A stretch of 64,000 nt of DNA from Macrostomum lignano (Eukaryota). Numbering within the stretch: the stretch's first letter is position 1; every line of letters begins with the position of its first letter. The stretch lies in contig NIVC01000891.1 of assembly GCA_002269645.1 (NCBI GenBank), forward strand, positions 62,001 through 126,000, given 5' to 3'. Shown here one piece after another: positions 1 through 12,800 of the stretch. The position numbers were made by a program, and so were the translations under genes. The notes below the pieces were generated by a model. The model did no database searches, was not told the origin of the DNA, and was given only the letters and a program-made list of their open reading frames with translations.

Positions 1-300
1 TTTAAACGCTCTTCCACTAACACAGTGACTATGGGTAACATTATGAAACTTTTTATGATTTTTTCAGCAATCTATGCATAAAACAAAAAATTTTAAAAAC
101 AATATTCTTCAACCTTCTATTATTATTTCAATAAATCCATATCATTTGACTCCTGATTCCCCAAATAACAATTCACTCGTGACTCCAAATCCGAATCACC
201 AAATCACTTTGAACTCATATAATTCCAATATGTTTCGTTAAGTCTCAGCTCACCAATTATCGGCATGAGATGCATCTCCATTGAAAAAATTCCGACAAAG

Positions 301-3300
301 CTGACTGCTGGGTGTTCCGCCCCCTCGCCCTACCTGCCTCTCAGGGCCCCTGCCTCTGGGCGCACAACGACGCGCAGTTTACTGATGACGACTTCAAGAA
401 CCTGCTGAGCCTTGGCGGCGCCACCAAGGAGGCGCAGGCGGCGAAGGTGGGCAAATTCGGCCTCGGATTCAACGCCGTCTACAACCTGACGGACGTGCCG
501 GCCGTCCTCAGCGGCTGCCAGCTGCAGCTGCTTGACCCGCACGGCGAGAAGCGGGGCCGCGGATTCCTGGAGGAGGTGAGAAGCTTTGGTAGGGGGTTCT
601 GAGCGGCTCTGCCAGCGCCTTCCCAGTAGGGCACTTGAAAGGTACCAAGGTGTCCTGTTATGGCATTTTTACTTGTATTTTCATCACCAGGCCTCAGTGT
701 CACCCCCGGCTTTTCAATGGAAGCTTTCACCCCAATGTGCTTTACTGGCTAGGATATTTGACCCTCCCAATGTGCTTCACTGGCTAGGGTATTTGACCCC
801 CCACAATGTGCTTTGCTGGCTAGGATACTTGACCCCCAACTTGCTTCACTGGCTAGGTTATTTGACCCCCCCTGGCTACGGTATTTGACCCCCCCCCCGA
901 AAGGAACTTCACTGGCTAGAGTATTTCCCCATGTCCTTAGTTTCACTCCAATCTTGAACCTCTACTGTCCTTCAGGGCATCCAAACCGCGGCTTAATCTT
1001 CCGACCAGTTTTCGTTGGTTGGTATACGCTCGTAGTTAATATATTAATGGTCTCCCATTGGGAAATAAATGAATGCTACATTTTCTATTGACCCTTACTT
1101 CGCCAGATCTACCGCAAATACCGCAAGTGCGACACCGGCCTCAGGCTGAACTTCTCCAAGGAGGCCGGGCGCCGCATGCTGGCCAAGTATCCGCACCAGT
1201 TCGCGCCCTACACCGGCGTCATGGGCTGCGGCCCGGACCTCGGAGCCGAGCCCTACCCCGGCACGCTCATCCGACTGCCGCTGCGGACTCGGGAGCAGGC
1301 CGGCGAATCGCAGATCTGCCAGAGGGCCTACAGCGAGCAGGAGATGCGCGACCTGCTTGACAAGACGGCTCAGCAAGCCCGCCACTTGCTGCTGTTCACC
1401 CAGTCCGTGTCCAGCTTCCGGCTGCTGCATCTGCGCGATGGCTCGAACGGCTTGTTGCAGACCGACAAGCTGCTCAAAGTGAGTCGCAGCCTGATTAAGT
1501 GCATTCGGCCGTTGCCGGGCACGAGCGGCTCTGCGGATCTGCGCTCCCAGACGCGTGTACTGGCCGCCGCGGCCGAATATCTAGCGGGTGACAACGGCGG
1601 CGCTGTCGATGGAAGTTTCGCTGGGCAGCTGAAGCTGCACATCGACGTGCAGGTGAACGAGACGGAAGCGAAGCGGGTTGGCATCGACACGAACGTCGCT
1701 AGAACCGCCTCGGACAACTGGCTGCTGAGCGTAGCTCTGGGCTCGGGCGAGTCGCTGGAGATGTCGCGTCAACGCGAGGGACTCAGCCTCCCCGTCGCTA
1801 GTGTCGCCGTTCGCATGTCAGCTTGCGGCACCGCGATTGAGCCGGTGAATCGCGGCGTCGCCTTCTGCTTTCTGCCGCTGCCCATCGAGTCGCCGCTGCT
1901 GTTCCACGTAAACGCCGCTTTCGCAGTCACGTCCAGCCGACGCTACCTGGAGGAGGCCACCATGGACGAAGCCGAGGGCCGCTGGCACCCAGGTCGCTGG
2001 AACGCCGCCCTGCTGCGCGAAGCCGCCTGCGCCGCGCTGGTATCTGCGCTCGAGCGACTCACTGTCGAAACCATCACGGGCGCGCCTTCGATCTGGCCGC
2101 TGCTAGAGGCCAACAACGGTGTCTGGCATCCTCTGATTGAGAGTTTCTACAGGACTGTCTTCACCGAAAGTGATCGCGCTCCAAGCATCTTCTTCACCTC
2201 GGTGGGCTGGCGGCCGCTGGCTCAAGTTGTTTTTCTCGACGAATCGGCGCTGGGTGCCGCCGCATTGGGCTTTGAAGCTGCCAATGTTGTGCGCCGTCTT
2301 GCTCGGTCACTGGTTCCGGCCGGCTCCGGCCTGGCTGAAGACTTAGCGTCTAGCGTTCAAGCCGCTGCAGTGCGCCTCAACCTGCTTGGACACAGACTCT
2401 GGTCGGGTGAAGTCTTTGTTGCCAATTTTCTGAGGCAACTTAACCGTCTGTGGGATTCGTCTGATGATGAGCGGCATTTGTGCTCCGAGTTTCTCAAATT
2501 TTTGCTTGTAAATCTGAGCAGGAAAAACGTAGCACCACAGGACCCAACAGTTTGGCTCATGTCGGAGGGCATCAGGAGCATGCTTAAATCTAGCCACTTC
2601 CTGCCTGACCATTCCAATCGCCTTTGCCGAGTAAGCGATCTGCTGGATCCGGACTGCGCTGCAGCTGCTCTGTATTTCCCAACTGACTCTGTATTTCCTA
2701 GAACAGACTTTACAGATGACTACAGTCTACACTCTGTCCTAATTTCTCTTGGACTTCAGTCTCAAATTCAATTTGACCATGTTCTTGAACGAGCTAATAC
2801 CGTGTCAGCACTGAGCCAAGAATATCGCCTGGAGGACGCTTTGAAGAGAGCGCGATCTCTGATGAAGTATCTCGATCTAAACCGAACTGAATTTCAAGAT
2901 CGCCTTCCTGAGCTGGCTAGCGTTGAATTTCTTCCAGCCAAGCCGAAGCCCAACGACTGCAGCCTACACTGGCGCTCGGATGACTACCCCGTTACTCAGC
3001 TGTTCGCACCGGAAGTTCTATTCCAGTCAAGGCATGAGACATTGGTTTCTCTCTGTCAGTTAGTTCTGGACAGCTCCGTACTTTCAGATACCAATTATTC
3101 AGCCCGAGAAGCATTGACTGAGAGCATCGGGGTGCAAAGGGAAGTGTCTCGCCAAATGGCTTGGGAACAGCTGCGTAGGGCGACGCAAATATTTAGCATC
3201 GACAGTCGTCCTGTTTGCCTGGCTGTGTATGAACATTTCTCTAAGCTTCTAATCAAAAATCCTAAACTGGCCGATGAGATAAAGCTTGAATTCGAAGGTC

Positions 3301-6300
3301 TCGGCTCACCAGCAATAGTGTACTCGGATACTGGCTACTTAAAACCACACCAGGTGTCTCTGAGTTTTAAAGATCGAGAATGTCCGCCCTACCTGTATCG
3401 CCTGCCGTCTGACCTTAGAGGGGGCTATTTTAGTCATGAAAAGTGTCTGCCATTTCTTAAAGCGATTGGCGTTCTCGAAGAGTTTGACTGCACCACCTAC
3501 TGCAGAGTGCTTGAAGAAATACACGAGAACAAAAGTGGATCCGCTCTGACGGATAGTGAGAGAAAGAGTTGCATTGAGCTGCTAACGCGGCTGAGTGAGC
3601 TTAGCCAGCTGCCCGAGCCATCTGAAATTTTCGCTCCAGATCATGAAGGCTTCCTAGTCCGATGCTCGCACCTTTGTTTTGGCAGCGTGAAGTGGCTCAC
3701 CAAAGTCGATAAGCTGCGCTTCGCTCACAAAGACTTGGCGTACGGCGTTTGTGAGAAGTTGCGAATCCCTGATCAGAGAGTTCAAACCCTGAGAAAACAT
3801 CACGTGCCGCTGCCGTTCGGCCAAAAAGAAGAGCTCACTACTCGACTCAAAGGAATTCTTCAAGGCTATCCTCTGGGCATCGAGATCTTCAAGGAGCTCG
3901 TTCAGAACGCGGACGACGCCGGTGCTACTAGGCTGCACTTCATCAACGATCGTCGCAATCTCGGAACAGAGAAGGTGCTGAGCGACGAGTGGAAGGCGCT
4001 ACAGGGACCGGCGCTTGTAGTTGTCAATGACACGACGTTCAATGACGAAGACATCGAAGGAATTCAGAAGCTTGGTGTCGGATCCAAAGGAAGCCAGCCC
4101 TGGAAAACGGGGCAGTACGGCATAGGGTTCAATTGTGTCTATCACGTGACGGATGTGCCGATGTTTCTCTCTGATAATCGGGTCCTGTGTGTGATGGACC
4201 CCCACTGCAGGCACATGCCGCATGCCAACACAGAAAGTCCAGGCGGAATGTACAAAGATGAAGGTCTTGACGAAGTGAGGGACGATTTTCGTGACGTTTT
4301 TGATGGATTCAAAATCAGCAATGAGACCACGACCGGCTCCACTGTCTTTAGACTGCCTCTCAGAACTTTGGAAACGGCGCGCCTGTCTGAGATTTTCCCG
4401 GCTTCAAAACCTTTGAATTCTGATGACATCTACAAACTATTTAAAGAGTTTGCTGACGATTTGTCGGAAATCTTACTGTTTTTGAGCAGCGTCAAGACTA
4501 TTCAACTCTCTGAACTGGGCACTGATGGCAAGCTGACCAAAGTTTTTGAAACAAGCTCGACTATATCGGACCCATCGGCCTGCATTCGATTCAGAGGCGA
4601 GTGTCAGAAAATCGGCAGGCAGCTGGTTCAGAAAGATTTTGACCCGAAACTCCTGCATTCGTGCACGCAGGAAGTGTATGAGGCTACGATCTCTACCAAT
4701 AACAGCTTTTCACAAGAAAGCTTAGTTTCCACCAGCAGTAAGTGGATTGTAGCCCAGCAACTCGGGTTGCCAGCTGACTCAGCGAGCGTCATTCCCAGCA
4801 AATACCGGAGCAAGCTTGGCTATGCTGTTGCCAATGGCGAGTGGAAGGCACTTCCGAAGGTAGGAGTGGCAGCGCGGCTTGATCAGAGCAAAAAGTTCCA
4901 CCGAGAACACCGCGTGTTCAACCTGCTGCCGCTTCCCCTGACAACCGATCTGCCTGTTCACATCAACGGCCACTTTGCCCTTGACCCGTCTCGCCGCAGT
5001 CTGTGGGAGGCTCATTCTAGCGATGCCTCTGCCGAATGGAACAATCTGCTAGTAAGCACTGCTCTTCCTGTGTGCTACGCAACTCTTCTAGACGCGGCGA
5101 CGCAGCGTCTGCCACTCGAAAATCCAATCAAAAGTGATGAGAATTCAACTGGCTTTGAACATTATTACCGTTTGTTTCCAGAGGCAAAGGATGAGAAACC
5201 CGGCAAGTCCCACTGGAACACAATGGCGATTGAATTCTACAAAGAAGTGTTTAAAAACCAGCGCAAAGTCTTTCCAGTCGTTGATCTGACAAATCAGAGC
5301 AGGATTACCTGGCTCCCTCTTGCTCAAAGCCCTCAGTCAGTAGATGGGGAGTCCGCCTTTCTGCAAGAGGATTTGTCTGAAGATGTGTCAGAAGTGCTGC
5401 AGCGTCTGGGCCTTCCTCTCATCGTCAGAGGGCGTCGCTTTACTGACTGCATGAAAAGCAGCCGGCTGAGCTATGTTCCCAATGCGAATCCGGACAATAT
5501 AATCAACTACTTGAAGGGAGTCCGCTGCTCGGCGTTGCGAGACTCTCTTCCAAGGCAGGTCGAGCTGACTCCATTTGCCGGAGTACCGGGAGTCGAGACT
5601 GTGATGCACTACTTGCTCACAAATCTGTCTCTTGAGGATCTAGCCGACACTAAAGACTCTAAAAGTGGTTCTGCTGAGATTCAGCGTATGGCCTCGCTAA
5701 TCAGCACACCATTAAATCTGACCGCTGATGGAATGCTTCGAATTTTCAAGGCGGAGAATCCTTCATTTCTCACAGAATACGTGCGTCTGATACCAGCCGA
5801 ATCTATCGACTTGCTGTCGCAGTTCTGCCACAAAAAGATTCAAGAGGTTTTTAAGCCACCGCCAACATCGCTTCCCGTCAGATATTTTTCAAGCCCCAAC
5901 CGCTGTCCCAGTGCTTACAAATCCGGGCTGTACCGCGAATTTAGCATCGCTGAGTTCCGCCGTTGTCTTGGCAACTTCTTGCCTGCCTGCTGCTTTCCTA
6001 ATGGCCCGTGCATTCCGCTAGCTAGCATTGAGACTCAGCTGATGGGCTTAAAATTTGCAGACTGGATTCGAGACGTCTGGAAATTCCTCTCAGAGGAGTA
6101 TGACAGTAGTTATTCGCAGAAAAGACCAGAAATCAAAGATTTTCTGTCTCCTGTATCCGACACAGCTCTAGTGCCAGCCAGCTTTGAGTGGGAGAAACAC
6201 ATTTTGAGCTGCAGTTGGCTGTTTAAAGTCTCGCATGCGGCTTCAGTGTACAACAAGTCTACACGTAGACTGCAAGATTTGGAAAAGAAAATCGAAGAGG

Positions 6301-9300
6301 CTCTTTGTCAGCTAAAGGCTCCACTTTTAACAGTCAACGACAGTAAATTGATCAAACTAGTAGGGAAATTGGAGGAGCCCTACTCAATGCTTGCTGTGCT
6401 CCGCTACGCACTTAACGAGAATCCTCACAAACCGTGCCATTTGCCTTCTGCTGAAATGGCGAACAGCTTTGCCTGCTTTGTTCAGCAACATCAAGGTGCA
6501 ATGGAGCAGGTGATTGGCCGCAGAGACTTGATCAGTGAGCTGCAGCGTCTACCGATTTTTGTAACTCTCAGTGGCGAGTGCGTTGCGCTGAAGAACTTAA
6601 GCCCCAGAATTCTACCGGCCGACCTGGTGTCTGAGGAGATGCATCTGTGGAGCCGAGCAGCCCAGTTCGTCTTCTTAAGAAAAAACTTTCAGCTGGAGAA
6701 ATTGCATAGCCTAATGGGATGCAACGAACTAAGCGAATTTGCAGCCTATGTTGACTATATTTTACCGGTTTTCGACAATTTCTCAAACCATACAAAGCAA
6801 GCTCACCTGCAGAAACTGAAGTCACTCGCTTGGGATTTTCAGAGCTTGCGCCGTCGCAATCCTAGTGAAAGTCGCTCGTTTGAAGACTCGCTGAAAAACG
6901 CCAGAATTGTTCCGTTTCAGCAGTCCTGGTGCAGAGCCAGCAACTTTTTCGACCATCGCGTGGATATTTTTAGAGAATTCTGTCCGTCCGAGAAGTTCCT
7001 TCCACGCCAATTTCAGAAAGATGACATGCTCACACTGATGGAGCTGGCAGGACTGGTAACTGAGTGCTCACCCGATATGGTGCTGCGGTTCGCTAACGAT
7101 ACCGCCAATCTGCCACTCGACTTGGCTCGAAACAAATCAGAGACTCTACTGAAGTTTGTAGCTAGCCAAAGCTTCGATCAGCAGCATCGCACAGAAGCAT
7201 TCATGTCTGAACTTGCCAGAATATCATTCATTGTGCCGGATGTGAAGCCTGAGCTGCAACAGCTGTGCGACAAGGGCTATGTACAGTTTTCTTCCCTTGA
7301 AAATTGTGTAATCCCGAAGAACGTGTACATCTGTTGGACAGTGCTTCCTGTGGCTCCTGCTTTTATCCAAGAACTTGGTTGCTTCAGAAAGTACCTGCAG
7401 GAGAAGCCCCAGATGGACAAGTTTTTCTCGCATTTGAAGAACCTAATCGGATCCCGACAGTTTTGCAACGCTGATCTGGCGGATAGTTTAAAGCCAGTCA
7501 GAGGCAAGGTGATGCACAAAGTTTACTCATTCATGAGCTCACCCGAACAGGCAGCCTTGAAGCCATACCTGAATGCTCTAAGAAATTCACCGTGCATTCT
7601 CGTCGACAACTATTCGAGATTTGCTCAGCCATGCCAAGTCACTCTGACCGAAAGGGATGAAATCCCACCGTTTCTCTTTGCCTGCCCTCCTGACTTCTTG
7701 CAGTACAGCGAACTTTTTTTAAAACTCGGAGTAACACGGCAGCCGAGCATTGAGCAGGCTGCGATTGTGCTGCAGCTAATCAAAATCGCTGCCAAGGATG
7801 ATTCATTGCCGGTGGCCCTGTTGGAACCGACAGCAAAATGCATTTGCCTGTTGCTATCGCTTCTCCATCAGCAGGGTGCATTTCCAACTGGCATTCGCCT
7901 GTGCCTGCCAACATCAGTCAGTACGGAGGAGCAGACCCCCAAGAGCTACAAGTTGGTCGAGGCTAGCCAGGTGGTGATCAATGACGCAGTTGCATATTTC
8001 GAACGTTTGGGAGGTGCAACGCTGTCCGGAATTCAGTTCCTGGATCTGGAATTCTGCGGAATCAGCGCAGATCAGCAGCGAACTCTCGAACGCCGCCTGA
8101 ACAAAGATCTCGTGGTTCCAAGACTGTCGGAACTCGTCAAGGAACAACTGGTGTCCGATGAGTGTCCTGAGTGCTCCGTTGGCGAGGCTGGTTGCCAGGT
8201 GTGTGCTGAATTTTCGAAGAAGCTTAGCAGCTCAGATTTTCGCAGCGGACTCGCTAGCGTTATCGTTTCCGATTCAATGGACGCAAACATTGAGAGCACA
8301 TTCCAATCGGTCAATGGAATATTTGAAGACTTTCGCATCGCCTGCAAGCAGAAATTGGTTACTGTGCTGGTTATGAATGGCAGAGAGATCGACGCATCCA
8401 AGAGGCGAAGGAAGTTTTTGCTTAAAGACGGCGCGATCTACATGAACCATCTCGACCGCCCGCCAGAGGGCGATGATCGGAACTTTTGGCTCAAGGAACT
8501 GATGGGAGCTGTGCACGGTCTGTTGGAGCCAAGCTTCAGCCTCACCTCACAACAAACATCGAGACTGCAGTTCATGATGATGCTTGGAGATTTCAGAAAT
8601 ATTCACCAGATGCTGCAAGAGGAAAACATTCGCTTTTATGGCCTGAGCGATGACTCGAAGGACATGTGGCATGGAGTTGAGCTGGGAAGTCCGGTCAATC
8701 CGATGGACGCATTGAAACTCGAGCCGTTAGGCTTGACGCACCTGCAGCCAGACGACGTGGTAGCGTTTGCGGATCCCGAGGCCGGAGGGTCACTGATCTA
8801 CGCCCGAATCGTCGAGTCACATGGCTCGGCCGATGCCAAGAGCGACGAAGACGAATCTGACACCGGCGAGTGGAGCCTCGAGTTCACCATCGACTGCGGT
8901 CGTCAGCGCGGCCGAAAAGTGCGGGCGCCGGTGGCACTGCTGCAAGCTTTTGCAAAGATCGAGAATGAATTGGAGTTGCATGAGAACAATAGCGGCTGGG
9001 AACTCAGGATGGAGCAGCAGATTCACAAAGCGGCTCGCTTATCTGATAATTTCGAACAGAAAGCCGCCACACAACGGATTCTCGACGCCTGCGATTCAAA
9101 CCGCTTCGACCAGGAGCAGCAGCCGGATCCCGAAGCGATTCGGCGGGTGCAGAGTCTCGCTCAAGAGCAGCTGGGGGGCAGTATCTCTAACGGCGACTGG
9201 GAGATGATGAGCAGAAATGCTGCCAGGGCTGCTCGAAGGTATCGATCGGCGCGAGCTGAAAGTCGCATGAATGGCGACTTCGGCTTCGGTGGCGGCGGCG

Positions 9301-9827
9301 GCGGCGGCGGTGGCGGCGGCGGTGGCGGTTTGGGTGGCGCCTTTTGTGGGGCCTTTAACAGTGCCAGGACGGGTGGCGGAGGTGGCGGCGGTTTTGGCGG
9401 ACCTGGGTGCATTCCTCCGTCGCCGGGCGAGGCGCAGCGCTATCTACAGACGTCCCAAGGTGACGCAAAGGCGGCCGTGGCCACTGCGACCGCGGCGGCC
9501 GCTGAACGAGCCTGCTGGGCCTGCTACCAGAGCTGGCAGGCCGCCGAGAAGGCGATGAAAGCCGTCGTGCTTGCCGAGAATCGACCGGCTGAGCGGAGTC
9601 ACAACCTTATGAGCCACCTGCTTCTGGTTGGCGATGAGCAGCTGCGAGACCAGCTGGAGCCGCTGGTGCACGAGCTGCTTGCTGTACTTTACCGGGACCC
9701 GCGCTATCCGCGTGACGGCGCCACGCCTTACGACGCGTTCCGCGCCGAGCACGCGCGACAGGCCAGCGAGGCGGCGGCCGGCATTGTGCGACTGGTGGAG
9801 GCGGCCGTCAGCGATGCCACCGATTGA
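301..9827 (+). CDS. SACS: Sacsin-like giant protein, 3' part (5' exons lie outside the window). Exons 301..575 and 1107..9827, with a phase-0 intron at 576..1106. Contains GHKL/Hsp90-like sacsin repeats, a degenerate J-like domain, a Gly linker and a C-terminal HEPN domain
   Basis: AG at 299-300, GTGAG donor at 576 and AG acceptor at 1105-1106 give the in-frame join ...RGFLEE|IYRKYRKCDTGLRLNFSKEAGRRMLAKYPHQF. Sacsin repeat motifs: GPCLWAHNDAQF..KVGKFGLGFNAVYNLTDVP; GQKEELTTRLKGILQGYP..KELVQNADDAGAT..GQYGIGFNCVYHVTD; FCFLPLP..FHVNAAF; LPVHINGHFAL. HEPN-like C-terminus WACYQSWQAAEKAMKA..SHNL..RYP. Confidence 0.93.
735..925. repeat. Degenerate ~35-40 bp tandem repeat in the sacsin intron
   Basis: About 5 recurrences of CACTGGCTAGG(A/G)TATTTGACCCC. 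Confidence 0.7.
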
Positions 9828-12800
9828 AGACCTGGCGCTGACTGCAGCAGCTGATTCGGTCTGTTTTTTCATTGATGCCAAGACACCAAGAGTGAGCCGA
9901 GCATGAGTTGAGTTGTCTTTATGCAGAGGCAGGCAAACTGGAGCTGCTGAGTTTAATAGAAGATTCGAGGCGATTACACTTTCAATCTAAGAAATAGCTG
10001 ATCAATTTAGACCAGATTAAAGTTTACCAGATACGAGCGTCTAGAACTATAGACCGAAAAACTCCAGATAAACGTTTGCCTGCCTCAGCCGTTGAAGCGT
10101 AGGTGCAGTTCGCTTCGAGTAATCTAGTAATTAATAATTTTGCGTTGCGCAGTGTTTTTATTCCAGTGGTACAATGAGACATTCCAGGTTACGGCAAATA
10201 TTGTCTATTTTAAACAAGCTTGTATCGGTTTCATGTCTAATTATTTAAATTGTCGCCTAATTTCTAATTTCAAAACTAAACGGACTGGTAAACCGAATAA
10301 TTTTATGCTCCTAATAAATCTGCAAGGTTAAGAAAAAGATGCGCCAAAACTTATTGCCTAAAATCTCTTAGAAGGATTTAACAATAAAGCCGTGTGACCA
10401 TATCTGTGATGTTCACACGCTCATGATGGGAAGTTCAAAGCGTGTACACAACAACATTGAAAATTCGCCATTCGTCACTCTAAGTGCCAGTGAGCTTTCT
10501 CTTGGACCATTCTGAAATAAAAGATACGAGAAAACTGATCGGGGTAGCTTCAACCCAACTTTCCTCGCACACCCTCCCCCCACTCCATTCCTCAACTCAA
10601 GCCTGCTGCGGCGTAGCTAAAGTTGCGTCACTCGCAAAGATTGAGAGACTTTACCTGCACTCTCAAAAGTGGCGACCACAGACGGAATCTTCTGTGATGG
10701 CGACTTTTCAATGTTGCTGAGTATATTTTTGAGTAAAAGTTTGCCGACCCCTGCTCTATCTGAGATTCCGGGAGCGCCATCCCACAACCTATGAGTATCA
10801 CGATCTCTACACTGCTATTATCATTGACCTTTTCTCATTTTTTTAATTTTATTAACCAGTCAAATTTATCAGCAGTGGAATTACCAAGTTCCCATATTTG
10901 ACAAGTTTTATGGTTAAGTTTTCTTATTATTTGCCAGAATAGACTAACCCCAGAGCACACGAAACTCAAGGAGTTGGGTGGAACTACCTTTTATTGCACA
11001 CCTTTTGAAACAAGAATCAAGTCACCTTCCCTCCAGATAAGACCAGTAAAATGATAAATTTTGTAGAATAAGCTTGGTACTTCTACTGTTAATTTGCACT
11101 TTCAACACTAAATATTATTTTTTATCACTTGTCCCACGTTCCTCATTGGTTTTGCTGATGTCTTGCATATTTACTCTGCTTTTCTCTAGAATACTTTAAA
11201 CAGTATAAGTACGTATCTACTTTTATTTGGACTTAGACAGACATTTTTATTATTTTAATTATAAGCTACATAACAATCCCATCTCCTTACTTCAAAATTT
11301 ATTCAGTTTGAATTTCTTTCCGTACTGTACGTTGTAAAAGTGTTTGCGTTGTCTTAAATCCTATTTTCCCGAGTATTCCATTCCACAAATAAATATACAC
11401 CTAATAACATTAATTTACTCATTTTTTATTTTATCCAAAATATTAACATATTTTTGTTTGAGTTTGACTTCAGAATTAAAAAATTATGCAAAGAAATTGA
11501 ATTGGAATTCAGCGGCTTAAAATCCGTGATTTTCAACGGTTTGCAGACTAGATTTTGGAGCGCAGTATGCAATAAGGGCTGCAGATCTGTCATGTTTTTC
11601 GTGAGTCAACTGCAGCCGGATGGAGAGATAACAGAATGCTTTTGATGTTGGCAAGTTGACAATTTTCTTCACCAAAATGTAAGAGTACAGATTTCCGCCC
11701 AGCAAACGGCCAGCACCACAAGCTGCAAGTTCGATGAGTTCTTCTGAATAAATCTCAAGGACCGAAGCTATGGAGCCTGAGAATTTTACAAGCCCGTAGT
11801 GTAGAGTGTTCTACCTCCCGCAAGTGATAAATTTGTTAACGTACTACTTATATAGTAGCAAGATGAGTAGCATGCATGTATAAAGATATGCGCTGAACCA
11901 GCAACAAAAAGTCCAATAAGTCGAGCTCTGCAACACCGCCTGCTAGCCTCAGGCCCCAGAGCTTCGTTGATGGCGAGAAAAGAGATCGGAGAACAAGCAA
12001 CGCTAAAACGCACTTAAGCATACTACGAGCGTCAGTGCGTATACACACTGGCATACACACTGGCTGCTACTTTAGACTGTGGATAGAAGGTGCGTCTCTC
12101 CCACTCTGCTCTGAGCGAGTAACGCGAGTCTCCCAAAGCCAGCTGCTATGTTTGGAAACTATGAAGTGAGCTGTGCAGTCTTACCGTATGACCAAGGCGG
12201 AACACGCGGCGAAGGGATGACCTGAAGGAACTGCTGCCTGCAGGCAGATGTCCGTTCCAGACACTTGCTGCAATGTACTGATTCTCCACGAAGTCGAAGG
12301 GATGAGCGAGCTGCTAAAGAAAACGTCCAAAGTGACTTACTGTAGTCGGTGGATCGCATTGTTGCGAAAATTTGTGCCTGCGTACTTTTCGTCGTGTTCT
12401 GTCTCTGCGGCTAACTTAGCTAATGCTTTTGTTTGTCTAGATGTATTGGAATTGTCGTGACTTTCTTAGTCATTGCTTAGTTCATCTGCACTTGTCTCTG
12501 TTTACTCTGTTTCTCTCCCTCTCGGTTTATTTCAATCTTGTTTTCTTATCTCTCTCTCTCTCCCTCGCTGCTTCGATCTGATTGGCTCTTCAATCTCGCC
12601 CCTTTCCTTAGTCGCGCATTCCAATCCAACCCTCCTTTTCTTACACTTAACCCCGCCCCCACCCAGTTTAATGACAGAAATACACTCATTTGGGCCCTAA
12701 GCCCACAGTCTGTCTCTCTTGTTTTCAACTTAAATTAACTAAAACTTATTATTTTCTTTACAGATATTATCGATCCGTTTTCAGCCCTGTCGGTCTCGCC

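Noticed and set aside
1176-9827. Prokaryotic standalone giant ORF or bacterial defence gene starting at 1176
   Set aside because: The ATG at 1176 is internal. The frame extends to a splice acceptor at 1106 and joins an upstream exon.
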